Below, piece after piece: positions 1 to 8,901 of a DNA stretch of 64,000 nucleotides. This DNA is from Candidatus Marinacidobacterales bacterium. GTDB taxonomy: Bacteria; Acidobacteriota; Vicinamibacteria; Marinacidobacterales; DATDRI01. A program made the translations under genes and the position numbers. Position 1 is the stretch's first letter, and each line of letters starts with the position of its first letter. Location of the stretch: the NCBI GenBank assembly GCA_965226495.1, contig OZ245365.1, forward strand, positions 5,056,001 through 5,120,000, in the 5' to 3' direction. The notes under the pieces are model-generated. The model saw only the letters and a list, made by a program, of their open reading frames with translations. It searched no databases and was not told the DNA's origin.

Positions 1-773
1 ATCTCGAGCGCGTGTGCATCATCCAACGCGAAATGATCGGCCACACCGCTGAGCTCTGTGTGAACGTGCGCGCCGCCGAGCTCTTCGGCGGAAACGTCTT
101 CACCGGTGGCGGCCTTCACCAAGGGTGGACCTGCTAGAAAAATAGTTCCCGTCTTATTGACGATGACCGCCTGATCACTCATCGCCGGGACATAGGCCCC
201 GCCGGCGGTGCACATCCCCATGACTGCTGAGAGTTGGGGAACACCGGCCGCACTCAGAACCGCTTGGTTGTAAAAGATACGTCCGAAGTGTTCTTTGTCC
301 GGGAATACTTCCGCTTGCAGGGGAAGAAACGCTCCGCCGCTGTCGACCAAGTAAATGCAAGGTAAGCGATTCTGGAGGGCGATCTCCTGCGCTCGAAGAT
401 GTTTTTTGACCGTGATCGGATAGTAGGTTCCGCCCTTCACCGTGGCGTCGTTCGCCACCACCATGCACTGGCGTCCGTGAACCATGCCGACGCCGACCAC
501 GACTCCGCCCGCCGGCACCGGGTCATCGTAAACCTGGTACCCAGCCATGGCCCCGATTTCCAAGAAAGGTGCCCCTTCGTCGCACAGAGTGGCAATCCGA
601 TCGCGGACGAACACTTTCTTCTGTTCACGGTGCCTAGCGTGGGCCTTTTCGTCACCACCTTTGCGAACCACCGCGAGCTTCTCCGCGAGGTCAGTCGATA
701 GTGCCGCGTTGTGCTCGAGGTTCTTCTTGTACTCGTCGCTTTTCGTGCTCACCTGGCTCTTGATAAAGCCCAC
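1..773 (-). CDS. Acyl-CoA carboxylase carboxyltransferase subunit (methylcrotonyl-CoA carboxylase beta-like); 5' part, runs off the window edge
   Basis: Not in the ORF track. Manual translation from GTG at 773 gives [40 protein letters not shown]...[20 protein letters not shown], later GTCTAGGAY and [11 protein letters not shown] motifs. SD AAAGGAGG lies upstream. Confidence 0.85.
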   Translation of the reverse strand, partial: MGFIKSQVSTKSDEYKKNLEHNAALSTDLAEKLAVVRKGGDEKAHARHREQKKVFVRDRIATLCDEGAPFLEIGAMAGYQVYDDPVPAGGVVVGVGMVHGRQCMVVANDATVKGGTYYPITVKKHLRAQEIALQNRLPCIYLVDSGGAFLPLQAEVFPDKEHFGRIFYNQAVLSAAGVPQLSAVMGMCTAGGAYVPAMSDQAVIVNKTGTIFLAGPPLVKAATGEDVSAEELGGAHVHTELSGVADHFALDDAHALE

Positions 774-843
774 GCGTCAGGACCTCCTTTTCTGCTCAGG
801 ATCCTACAACGTAGCACAAGAAGATGGCAGCGGTAGGCCAGGG

Positions 844-2133
844 CTATCGGATCGCCCGGTTGACGGCGCTCCTAAAGTCATCGTCGACTCCCGCCCGTTG
901 ATTGGGCCACAGTTGGGCCATAAAGATCCCGATGGCCTCTCGCCTCGGATCGATCCAGAACGACGTGAAGAAGAAGCCTCCCCAGCCGAATGCGCCGACT
1001 CTATCTTTTGTCTCGATGGAGAACCCGAACCCAAACTTCCGGTCCCCGACGCTCATCTCTCCGATCTGGTTCGTGGTCATCTCCCGCACGGTCGCGGGCT
1101 TCAGCAAGCGCACACCGTCCAGCTCACCCCCGTTCAAGAGCATCTGGCAAAACCGATAGTAGTCGTCGACGGTGGAGACTAGTCCCGCCCCTCCCGAGAA
1201 GTAGGTCCGCGGACCCAGATAGTGGTAGCTGGTGGAAAAGACCAACGGACCCTCTTCGATCGGCTCCGCCGAAAGCTCGTGAAGATTTCCGTCCCGGAGC
1301 CGGTAAACGGACGCCAGCCGGGACACTTTCGCTTCGGGTAAGAAGAAATGAGTGTCTTTCATCCCCAACGGGACGAAAATCTCTTCCTCGAAGAACGTCT
1401 CCAGCGTCTTTCCCGATGCGACCTCCACCAAGTGACCCAGCACGTCCGTCGACAGGCCGTACTTCCACGCGGTCCCCGGTTCGTGAAGAAGCGGTTGCTT
1501 GGCCAGCCGTCGGATTCCCTGCCCTATGGTTCCCTCGGTCTGTACCAATCCATCGGACACTCCTGCCTCGGCATACAGTCGCGTGAGGGGCTGAACGTCC
1601 GAAAAGCCGTAGCTGATGCCCGAGGTATGCGTGAGGAGGTGCCGAACGGTGATCTCGCGCTGTGCCGGGGCGCGCTCGAGCCTTTGCGAGCCGGTCGTCG
1701 AACGAACAACGATCTCCGGGTTCTCGAAATCTGGGATGAAACGAGCGATAGAATCATCGAGTTGGAATCGACCCTCTTCGTGAAGCATCAAGACCGCCAC
1801 ACTGGTAACCGGCTTGGTCATTGAGGCGATCCGGAAGATCGTGTCCTCGCGCATCGGAACGTCGTCGTCGATGTCCCTGCGACCGGAGGCCTCGCGAAAG
1901 ACGACCCTTCCACCGACAGCGACCAAACCGACCGCTCCCAGGATGTCTCCTCGAGCGACGGCTTTCTCTAGAACCTCGCGCGCCTTGCGGAACGTGTCGC
2001 GCGTGATGACGCGAGTCGAGTGGCCGGCATCCGTAGAGGAGGGTCGCTGGCAAGCCTGACAGTAGAGACCGAAAGTGAGTGCAAGACACGCGAGAAACAC
2101 TCCGCGACCGGGCTTGAGTAGTACGGCCTTCAC
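844..2133 (-). CDS. Serine hydrolase, beta-lactamase class C / PBP-like family, exported
   Basis: FRIASMTK (SxxK), LLTHTSG, WKYG and GAGLVST motifs; N-terminal signal or lipoprotein-like segment. Confidence 0.85.
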   Translation of the reverse strand: MKAVLLKPGRGVFLACLALTFGLYCQACQRPSSTDAGHSTRVITRDTFRKAREVLEKAVARGDILGAVGLVAVGGRVVFREASGRRDIDDDVPMREDTIFRIASMTKPVTSVAVLMLHEEGRFQLDDSIARFIPDFENPEIVVRSTTGSQRLERAPAQREITVRHLLTHTSGISYGFSDVQPLTRLYAEAGVSDGLVQTEGTIGQGIRRLAKQPLLHEPGTAWKYGLSTDVLGHLVEVASGKTLETFFEEEIFVPLGMKDTHFFLPEAKVSRLASVYRLRDGNLHELSAEPIEEGPLVFSTSYHYLGPRTYFSGGAGLVSTVDDYYRFCQMLLNGGELDGVRLLKPATVREMTTNQIGEMSVGDRKFGFGFSIETKDRVGAFGWGGFFFTSFWIDPRREAIGIFMAQLWPNQRAGVDDDFRSAVNRAIR

Positions 2134-2177
2134 CTCGCGCGCTACCCTTTATTGAACGCCTGAACGCCTGGGATTAG

Positions 2178-4040
2178 TCAAGCTGCAGGATAGGAGCCCA
2201 GAACCTTGAGCTTCTCGGTCGAGCCGGGGAGCGAATCCAGGAGACTACGAACTCCGGGCGCTTCGACCTTCCCTTCGAAATCCATATAGAACATGTACTC
2301 CCACGGCCGACCTGGAATGGGGCGAGACTCCAGTTTGATCACATTGACTTCACACTCGGTGGCAAGCTTCAGCACTTTGAAGAGCGCTCCCGGCTCGTTG
2401 GGCGTAGTGAATACAACCGATGTCTTGTCGCACTTGTCCTGGACCTGCGGCTCCTTGGCGATCACGACGAAGCGCGTGTAGTTTTGCGGATTATCCTCGA
2501 TGGCCTCCGCGAGCACATCGACGTCATAGATTTTGGCCGCCTGGAGAGAAGCGATGGCTGCGGTATCGGTGGCACCTTCGTCGCAAATAAGCTTCACCGA
2601 CCCCGCGGTATCGTAGGTCTGGAACACGGTCCAGTCCGGGTGGTCCCGCAGAAAACGATCGCTTTGCGCGAGAGCCTGCGGATGCCCGTAGAGTTTACGG
2701 ATGTCTTGCTTGCGGACACCACGGTTCGCGAGAAGATTGTGCGAGACACGTAGCTTGATTTCACCGATGATCGCGAGATCGAACTCCAGCAACAGGTCGT
2801 AGTTCTGATTGATCGAGCCTGCCAAGGAATTCTCGATGGGAACGATCCCGAAGGCCGCTTCACCGGATTCCACCTTTTCGAACACGTCGCGAAACGCTTG
2901 GTAGCCTTTGGGCTTAATGTCCCCGAAGTAGGCGAGCGCCGCCATTTCGCTGAACGCACCGGGCTCGCCCTGATACGCGGCGTCCACTTTCGGCGTTGCG
3001 GAGGCAGACTTTCTCTTAGGATGACGCCATGACAACTCGAGCTCGCGTCCCACGACCGGCGCCATCGACTGGAGCGCCTTCAAGAGCCTGTCGAAATCGG
3101 GAAGGGTCAAGGATTGAGCGCCGTCCGAAAGCGCCTTCTCCGGCTCGGGATGCACTTCGACAAGAAGACCGTCGGCACCGGCCCCCATCGCCGCCAGCGA
3201 CATTGGTAGGACGTATCGGCGCACTCCCGTCCCATGGCTCGGATCCACGATCACCGGCAGGTGCGTCAGCTCCTTCAAGACCGGAACGGCATTGAGATCG
3301 AGCGTGTTCCGTGTCTTCGTTTCGAAGGTTCGGATGCCACGCTCGCACAAAATGACTTTCTGGTTGCGACCCACGATGTACTCGGCGCTCATGAGCCACT
3401 CGTCGATGGTAGCGGCTAAACCTCGCTTCAAGATGATCGGCTTGTCGATCTCGGCCACTGCCTTCAGAAGATCGAAGTTTTGCATATTGCGAGCGCCGAT
3501 TTGGAGTATGTCAGCGTAACGGGCAACCAAATCGACCTTATCAGCCGTCATGACTTCGGTCACCACCAACATGCCCGTGAGCTCGCGGGCCTCGGCCAAT
3601 AGTTTCAGCCCCTCTTCGCCCAAACCTTGGAATGAGTAGGGTGACGTGCGCGGTTTGAAGGCTCCACCTCGCAAGACGTTCACCCCCATTTCGGAAAGCT
3701 TGATGGCGGTGTCGAGTAGGGTCTCGCGGTTCTCGACCGCGCACGGTCCGGCCATGACGAGGAACTTGGGGCCTCCAACCAAGCAATCGCCGATCTGGAC
3801 CTGCGGCGTGAACCCGGACTCGCGAGAGGCGATTTTGTAGGGCTTCGAGACGCGAAGGACCTCTAGAACCGCGGGGTGATTCTCGAGCTCGTCTCCCGTA
3901 AACTGGATCGCCCCGATCACCGCGATCACCGAGCGCTCCGCGCCCCGGATGACCGTGGTAACGGTACCCCGAGCGTCGAGCGAATCCTGAAGATTTTTGA
4001 TCTCCCGTGGGGTTGCGTCTTGTCGTAGAACGATAATCAT
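2178..4040 (-). CDS. aroF-pheA: Fused type I-beta DAHP synthase / prephenate dehydratase with C-terminal ACT domain
   Basis: N-half: [41 protein letters not shown]-half: [38 protein letters not shown]. Confidence 0.93.
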   Translation of the reverse strand: MIIVLRQDATPREIKNLQDSLDARGTVTTVIRGAERSVIAVIGAIQFTGDELENHPAVLEVLRVSKPYKIASRESGFTPQVQIGDCLVGGPKFLVMAGPCAVENRETLLDTAIKLSEMGVNVLRGGAFKPRTSPYSFQGLGEEGLKLLAEARELTGMLVVTEVMTADKVDLVARYADILQIGARNMQNFDLLKAVAEIDKPIILKRGLAATIDEWLMSAEYIVGRNQKVILCERGIRTFETKTRNTLDLNAVPVLKELTHLPVIVDPSHGTGVRRYVLPMSLAAMGAGADGLLVEVHPEPEKALSDGAQSLTLPDFDRLLKALQSMAPVVGRELELSWRHPKRKSASATPKVDAAYQGEPGAFSEMAALAYFGDIKPKGYQAFRDVFEKVESGEAAFGIVPIENSLAGSINQNYDLLLEFDLAIIGEIKLRVSHNLLANRGVRKQDIRKLYGHPQALAQSDRFLRDHPDWTVFQTYDTAGSVKLICDEGATDTAAIASLQAAKIYDVDVLAEAIEDNPQNYTRFVVIAKEPQVQDKCDKTSVVFTTPNEPGALFKVLKLATECEVNVIKLESRPIPGRPWEYMFYMDFEGKVEAPGVRSLLDSLPGSTEKLKVLGSYPAA

Positions 4041-4093
4041 AAATACCTACCCAAATGTTAAAACTGGTTGAGGGGAAACAGTAGAGTGCGCCG

Positions 4094-4147
4094 CTAGGCG
4101 CTAAAAAAGCGGCGAAAAATGAAGGGATGCCAGCAAGTAGACATCAT
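4094..4147 (-). CDS. Putative Phe/Trp-rich attenuation leader peptide MMSTCWHPFIFRRFFSA
   Basis: Manual translation: 4 Phe and 1 Trp in 17 codons, ending 53 nt before the aroF-pheA start, with overlapping alternative hairpins. Confidence 0.7.
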   Translation of the reverse strand: MMSTCWHPFIFRRFFSA

Positions 4148-4156
4148 AATTCGCGA

Positions 4157-4185
4157 AGTGTATCAGCCGGCGAGCTAGAGGTCAA
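4157..4185 (-). promoter_or_regulatory. Sigma70-type promoter for the leader peptide and aroF-pheA
   Basis: TTGACC (4185-4180), 17-nt spacer ending TGA (extended -10), TACACT (4162-4157). Confidence 0.65.
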
Positions 4186-4254
4186 GAAAGACGCTGTCAT
4201 CGCGCCTACTCCTTTCGAAGTCATTTCTTGCTATGCTACGCGTTCTGTATCTCT

Positions 4255-5325
4255 ATGCTCGCGCGCGCATTCCTGCTCTCTGTCATCTCGCTCGTTGGCT
4301 TCACTAGAATTGCCACCCCGCGGTCCACGCACCCGCAACCCACCCACGACGACGCCTGGCGGGCCCCTTTAGCCAACCGCAATCAATTCCCTCCGGCTCT
4401 TCTGTTCATCGCCCTCGAACCCGAAAGGGCCACCGTGTTGTCCAAAGGAGAAAGGCGCCTTTTCTTCAATTTCGACTACTCCAATATCCTGGTGCTACAA
4501 GATACAGTGAACGAAGATCTTGACCTCGATCTCGAGTCGTTAAGGGTGAACCTCCAGATCAATTACGGCCTGGGGCGAGACTTCGAGATGGCCGCCGCCT
4601 TACCCATCTACTCCATTCATGGTGGATTCCTGGACTCGTTCATCTCCTCGTACCACAACGCTTTCAACCTTCCGAACCAGGTCCGAGGCCGCGAACCGGA
4701 CAACATTCTCAGATATCGCTGGCAGATCGATGACCGGGTCATTACCGATCAAACAGAAGGCTTTGTAGCGCTCGGCGATCTGACGCTACAGGTAAAACGA
4801 GCCGTCAGGTGGAAAAAACTGAAAGAAACTGAGCTGGCTGTGAGAGCGGGCTTAAAATTGCCGACCGGCAGCCGCGATCATTTCGTCAGCAGCGGAGGGA
4901 CGGACTTCGCGTTCGGCGGTGAAGTCAGCCATCTGTGGGAACAAGTGGGCGCCTACTTCAACGTCAATTACAACATCACGTCCGATCTCGAAGAGGTCCG
5001 TTCGAGGAATTTTTTCTTCTTCATGGGAGCGGTAGACTGGCGCTTCAAACCAACGCTCGCCGCAGTGCTTCAATACGAGCAGTTTCAACGCTTCCTCGAA
5101 AGTGAGACCAAAGTGTTGGGACAATTGGCAAGGCAACTCACAATCGGAATTCGGTGGCGCCGTTCGGATCGTTTCGTCTTCGAGTGGCGTTTGGCGGAAG
5201 ACGTTTCCACCAGCGCGCCGGATTTCACCGCCGGTTTTCAAGTTACTTACAACTGGAAGCGCGCCAAGAAAACGAAGGGGATCAGTCCTTTTCCAGAAGA
5301 GCCGCCGCCAGGAGCGGAACCATGA
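4255..5325 (+). CDS. Exported, probable outer-membrane beta-barrel protein (DUF3187-like)
   Basis: Signal peptide from ATG 4255; GGFLDSFISSYHNAFNLP and LKLPTG motifs; alternating beta-strand pattern. Confidence 0.6.
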   Translation: MLARAFLLSVISLVGFTRIATPRSTHPQPTHDDAWRAPLANRNQFPPALLFIALEPERATVLSKGERRLFFNFDYSNILVLQDTVNEDLDLDLESLRVNLQINYGLGRDFEMAAALPIYSIHGGFLDSFISSYHNAFNLPNQVRGREPDNILRYRWQIDDRVITDQTEGFVALGDLTLQVKRAVRWKKLKETELAVRAGLKLPTGSRDHFVSSGGTDFAFGGEVSHLWEQVGAYFNVNYNITSDLEEVRSRNFFFFMGAVDWRFKPTLAAVLQYEQFQRFLESETKVLGQLARQLTIGIRWRRSDRFVFEWRLAEDVSTSAPDFTAGFQVTYNWKRAKKTKGISPFPEEPPPGAEP

Positions 5326-6232
5326 TCTCGTGGTGCCCCACGAACTCATAGCCACGACCCGAGCCGGTAACCGGTCGTTCTACGACGTTCTTTCGCGGGC
5401 GATAATGGCGCAAGAAATCGAAGCTCGCGGTCGAGAAGTTCGAGAGAGGATGCCCCAGGTTTCGGACCACGCTCACCGCTTTCAGAAAAACTTCGGGCAA
5501 TACCACCGCCGAACCCAGGTTCAGATAAACACCGCCGTCATCGAGCGTCTGGACCAAAGCGGCAAGCAGCTTGAAGTCCTGCAAGCTTCCTCTCCCGATG
5601 AGGTCGCCTGAGGCCTGGGGATGCATATGAATGATGTCTGTACCTATTGCGACGTGAACGGTCACCGGAATGGACAAACGGTAACCGGCCCAGAGCAGGC
5701 TCAGATTCATGAACTGAGGCTGGTGACGTCCCACGAAAGCGCCGATCGCCTCGCCGATGCCCGCTCCCTGCGAAACACCTTCCTCGATCGCGCGATTGAG
5801 GAGCGAACCGGTCTCTTCGGCCATGCCGAAAGCGCCGGAGCCTAGCCCTTCCTCCACTTCTTCTGAGGTCTGTCCCACCAAGGCCATCTCGAAGTCGTGA
5901 ATGATGCCGGCCCCATTGAGCGCCAAACCACTCACGTAGCCTTGTTCCATCAGATGGATGATGAGAGGCGATAGACCCACTTTGATGACATGCGCGCCGG
6001 CGCCCCAGATCAACCCGCGCTTTCGATCGCGAGCCGTCTTCATGGAGCGGACGAGCTCTTTCAGATCGCGGGCGGCGAGGACTCCGGGCAGGCCGTCCCA
6101 AAACTCACGAAAGCTTTGGCCGGCTTTGGGGATCGAGCCCAAGTCATCCAACCCTACTTTGCTCTTACGCGACTTGAGCGGGTAGGTGCGGAGACCCGAT
6201 AAGTCTAGGGGATGGACGGGGTAATTCGGCAT
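5282..6232 (-). CDS. Conserved hypothetical protein, deoxyhypusine-synthase-like fold
   Basis: Start placed at ATG 6232, overlapping the gmhA stop (TGATG); GAHVIK, NGAGIIHDFE, HVAIGTD, GSAVVLPEVFLKA and GHHEIM motifs. Confidence 0.65.
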   Translation of the reverse strand: MPNYPVHPLDLSGLRTYPLKSRKSKVGLDDLGSIPKAGQSFREFWDGLPGVLAARDLKELVRSMKTARDRKRGLIWGAGAHVIKVGLSPLIIHLMEQGYVSGLALNGAGIIHDFEMALVGQTSEEVEEGLGSGAFGMAEETGSLLNRAIEEGVSQGAGIGEAIGAFVGRHQPQFMNLSLLWAGYRLSIPVTVHVAIGTDIIHMHPQASGDLIGRGSLQDFKLLAALVQTLDDGGVYLNLGSAVVLPEVFLKAVSVVRNLGHPLSNFSTASFDFLRHYRPRKNVVERPVTGSGRGYEFVGHHEIMVPLLAAALLEKD

Positions 6233-6813
6233 CAAGCGCCTCGATGAAAAAGCTCTTCCTCGATAGCCTGACAGAGCAAGTGAACGATCATCGAATGCAC
6301 TTCCTGAATTCGAGACGTTTGCTGATGGGAAACGGTGAGGCACATGTCGACTTGGTCCGACAGGGCGCCCCCGTCCCGCCCGGCAAGCCCTATGGTTTTG
6401 ATCTTCCTCTCTCGACAGGCGGCGACGGCTTCCAAGACGTTCGGCGAGGTCCCGCTGGTGCTGATGGCGAGCGCCACGTCACCCGACGCGCCAAGTGCCT
6501 CTACTTGACGGCGAAACACCATTCGGAAATCGCTATCGTTGGCCACGCTCGTCAGAATGGAAGTGTCGGTAGTCAGGGCGATGGCGGCAAGGGCCGGGCG
6601 ATCGAAACTGAACCGATTGACCAGTTCTGACGAAAAGTGCTGGGCGTCGGCGGCGCTGCCACCGTTTCCGAAGGCGAGGACTTTCTTCCCGGAGCGGAGC
6701 GCGGTGGCCATCGCCTGTCCAGCCTCGAGCACTCGTTCCCCCTCGTCCTCGAAGAACGACTGCTTGAGAGCCAGGCTCTCGCTAACGATGGATTGCAGTT
6801 CCTCCCTATTCAC
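6232..6813 (-). CDS. gmhA: D-sedoheptulose-7-phosphate isomerase
   Basis: FGNGGSAADAQH, ANDSDF, ISTSGTS and RIQEVH motifs; start placed at GTG 6813. Confidence 0.92.
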   Translation of the reverse strand: MNREELQSIVSESLALKQSFFEDEGERVLEAGQAMATALRSGKKVLAFGNGGSAADAQHFSSELVNRFSFDRPALAAIALTTDTSILTSVANDSDFRMVFRRQVEALGASGDVALAISTSGTSPNVLEAVAACRERKIKTIGLAGRDGGALSDQVDMCLTVSHQQTSRIQEVHSMIVHLLCQAIEEELFHRGA

Positions 6814-6819
6814 GGCGCG

Positions 6820-6848
6820 ATTATGAACCGGGGTACAACAGCATGCAA
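6820..6848 (-). promoter_or_regulatory. Internal promoter in the queA 3' end that would give a leaderless gmhA mRNA
   Basis: TTGCAT (6848-6843), 17 nt, CATAAT (6825-6820), 6 nt, GTG; no SD. Confidence 0.5.
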
Positions 6849-7867
6849 TCACCATAGCTATAGAAGCGATAGCGCTCCTTCACCGCTTCCCGATAGGCGC
6901 GCCGCACCGGCTCCACACCTCCGAATGCAGAGACCAATAGCAGCAAAGAGCTCTTAGGAAGGTGAAAGTTAGTCATGAGACCGTCCACCACCCGAAACTG
7001 AAATCCTGGAGTGATGAAGAGCTCCGTATTGGCGGAGCCCGCCTTTACCTCTCCAGAAGCCGAGGCCGCCGATTCGAGAGCCCGAACCGTCGTCGTCCCG
7101 ACGGCAACCACGCGCCCACCTCGAGCTCGAGCCGTTTCGACCGCGGCAACGGTTTTCTCCGGGATCGAGTAGCGCTCACGTTCCATACGATGGTCCTCGA
7201 TGGTTTCTTCGCGAATCGGCTGAAACGTCCCATACCCCACATGCAGCGTCAGCTCGGCGGTGGCGATGTCACGATTAGCGAGGGCACGAAGAAGCTCCAG
7301 CGTGAAGTGAAGCCCCGCGGTGGGAGCCGCCACCGACCCTCGCGCGCGCGCATAAACCGTTTGGTAACGTTCCCGATCTTTCTTGTTGGTCTCGCCGCGC
7401 TGGCGTTTGATGTAAGGAGGAAGCGGAGATTCGCCCACCCGGTCGAGAACCTCGTAAAGGTCTCCGTCATAAACAAGCTCAATGCTTCGTTTGCCAAGCT
7501 CCAAGACGCCCGAAACGATTGCCCGGAGCTCTCCTTTACCGAAGACGAGCCTCGTTCCGACACGCAGTTTCTTTGCGGGGCGCGCCAGGACCTGCCAAAC
7601 ATCGCTCTCGTCGGGTTGGAGCAGCAGGAGCTCGACCAAACCACCGGACTCGGTCCTACCGAGAAGCTTGGCGGGAAAGACACGGGTGTTGTTGATAACC
7701 AACAAATCCGCCGGTCGCAAGATACTGGGAAGCTTCAGAATGCGGGAGTGGCTAAGCGCGCCACTCGGTAGTTCCAAGTGAAGAAGCCTTGACTGGTCTC
7801 TTCGTTCCAGGGGCTCCTGAGCGATGAGCCCGGGGGGCAGCTCGAAATCGAACTCAGAGAGTAGCAG
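6821..7867 (-). CDS. queA: S-adenosylmethionine:tRNA ribosyltransferase-isomerase, probable CTG start
   Basis: NNTRVFPA, PLPPYI, YQTVYA, SVAAPTAGLHF, LHVGYGTF, TNFHLPKS and YSYGD motifs; the conserved N-terminus LLSEFDFELPPGLIAQEP lies upstream of the called TTG at 7777. Confidence 0.93.
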   Translation of the reverse strand: MLLSEFDFELPPGLIAQEPLERRDQSRLLHLELPSGALSHSRILKLPSILRPADLLVINNTRVFPAKLLGRTESGGLVELLLLQPDESDVWQVLARPAKKLRVGTRLVFGKGELRAIVSGVLELGKRSIELVYDGDLYEVLDRVGESPLPPYIKRQRGETNKKDRERYQTVYARARGSVAAPTAGLHFTLELLRALANRDIATAELTLHVGYGTFQPIREETIEDHRMERERYSIPEKTVAAVETARARGGRVVAVGTTTVRALESAASASGEVKAGSANTELFITPGFQFRVVDGLMTNFHLPKSSLLLLVSAFGGVEPVRRAYREAVKERYRFYSYGDCMLLYPGS

Positions 7868-7869
7868 GG

Positions 7870-8883
7870 CTAGAAAAGTCGCTTTTGGGGGCTAGGGCGC
7901 TCGAGCCCGAAATGGCGGTAGGCGCGCTCGGTCGCCACGCGACCCCGCGGCGTGCGATCGAGAAAACCGATTTGCATGAGAAAGGGCTCATACATGTCTT
8001 CAATCGTGTCTCGTTCTTCACTGATGACCGCGGCAATGGTACCGAGGCCGACCGGACCACCCTCGAACTTATCGATAATGGTCATGAGGATCTTCCGATC
8101 CATCTCGTCGAACCCGTGCTCGTCGACTTCCAACAAGTTCAGCGCTTCGAGCGCCACCGACCCGGTGATTCTTCCATCCGCTTTGACCTGAGCGAAATCC
8201 CGTACTCGTCGTAGCAGGCGGTTGGCGATACGCGGCGTGCCACGGGCACGTTGTGCCAGGGCCGGCGCGGCGTCGTCATCGATTGCGACCCCGAGAATGG
8301 CAGCCGAACGCCTCACCACCGCGGTGAGCTCTTCCTCGTCATAGAAATCCAGCCGATGCACGATTCCGAAGCGAGACCTGAGCGGGGAAGTGAGGAGCCC
8401 GGCCCGAGTGGTGGCCCCGATGAGCGTGAATCGAGACACAGGGAGCTTCACGGATTTCGCCGAGGGGCCCTGGCCGATAATGATGTCCAGCCGATAGTCC
8501 TCCATGGCCGGATAGAGCACCTCTTCAATGGATGGATGCAGACGATGGACCTCGTCGATAAAAAGAACGTCCCGTGTGTCCAAGTTCGTAAGGAGTGCCA
8601 CCAGGTCACCCGACTTTTCGATGAGTGGCCCAGCGCTCGGTTTGATATTGACACCGAGCTCATTGGCGACCACGTGAGCCAGAGTGGTCTTGCCCAACCC
8701 CGGTGGGCCATAGAGCAGGAGGTGATCCATTGCTTCACCGCGCTCGCGGGCGGCTTGCACGGCAATTTGAAGTTGGTTAGTGACTTTCTTTTGCCCGATA
8801 TAGTCGGAGAAGGTCTTCGGACGAAGGCTGTTATCTAACGAGAGGTCCTCGTCGGACCTCTGGGCGGAGATCAACCGATCCAT
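7870..8883 (-). CDS. ruvB: Holliday junction branch migration ATPase
   Basis: [34 protein letters not shown] and [16 protein letters not shown] motifs. Confidence 0.97.
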   Translation of the reverse strand: MDRLISAQRSDEDLSLDNSLRPKTFSDYIGQKKVTNQLQIAVQAARERGEAMDHLLLYGPPGLGKTTLAHVVANELGVNIKPSAGPLIEKSGDLVALLTNLDTRDVLFIDEVHRLHPSIEEVLYPAMEDYRLDIIIGQGPSAKSVKLPVSRFTLIGATTRAGLLTSPLRSRFGIVHRLDFYDEEELTAVVRRSAAILGVAIDDDAAPALAQRARGTPRIANRLLRRVRDFAQVKADGRITGSVALEALNLLEVDEHGFDEMDRKILMTIIDKFEGGPVGLGTIAAVISEERDTIEDMYEPFLMQIGFLDRTPRGRVATERAYRHFGLERPSPQKRLF

Positions 8884-8901
8884 GGTTTTGCCGAGATTAA
8901 A

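Noticed and set aside
844-2133. Antibiotic-resistance beta-lactamase
   Set aside because: The motifs fit the broad serine hydrolase/esterase family; nothing specific to AmpC enzymes and no mobile context
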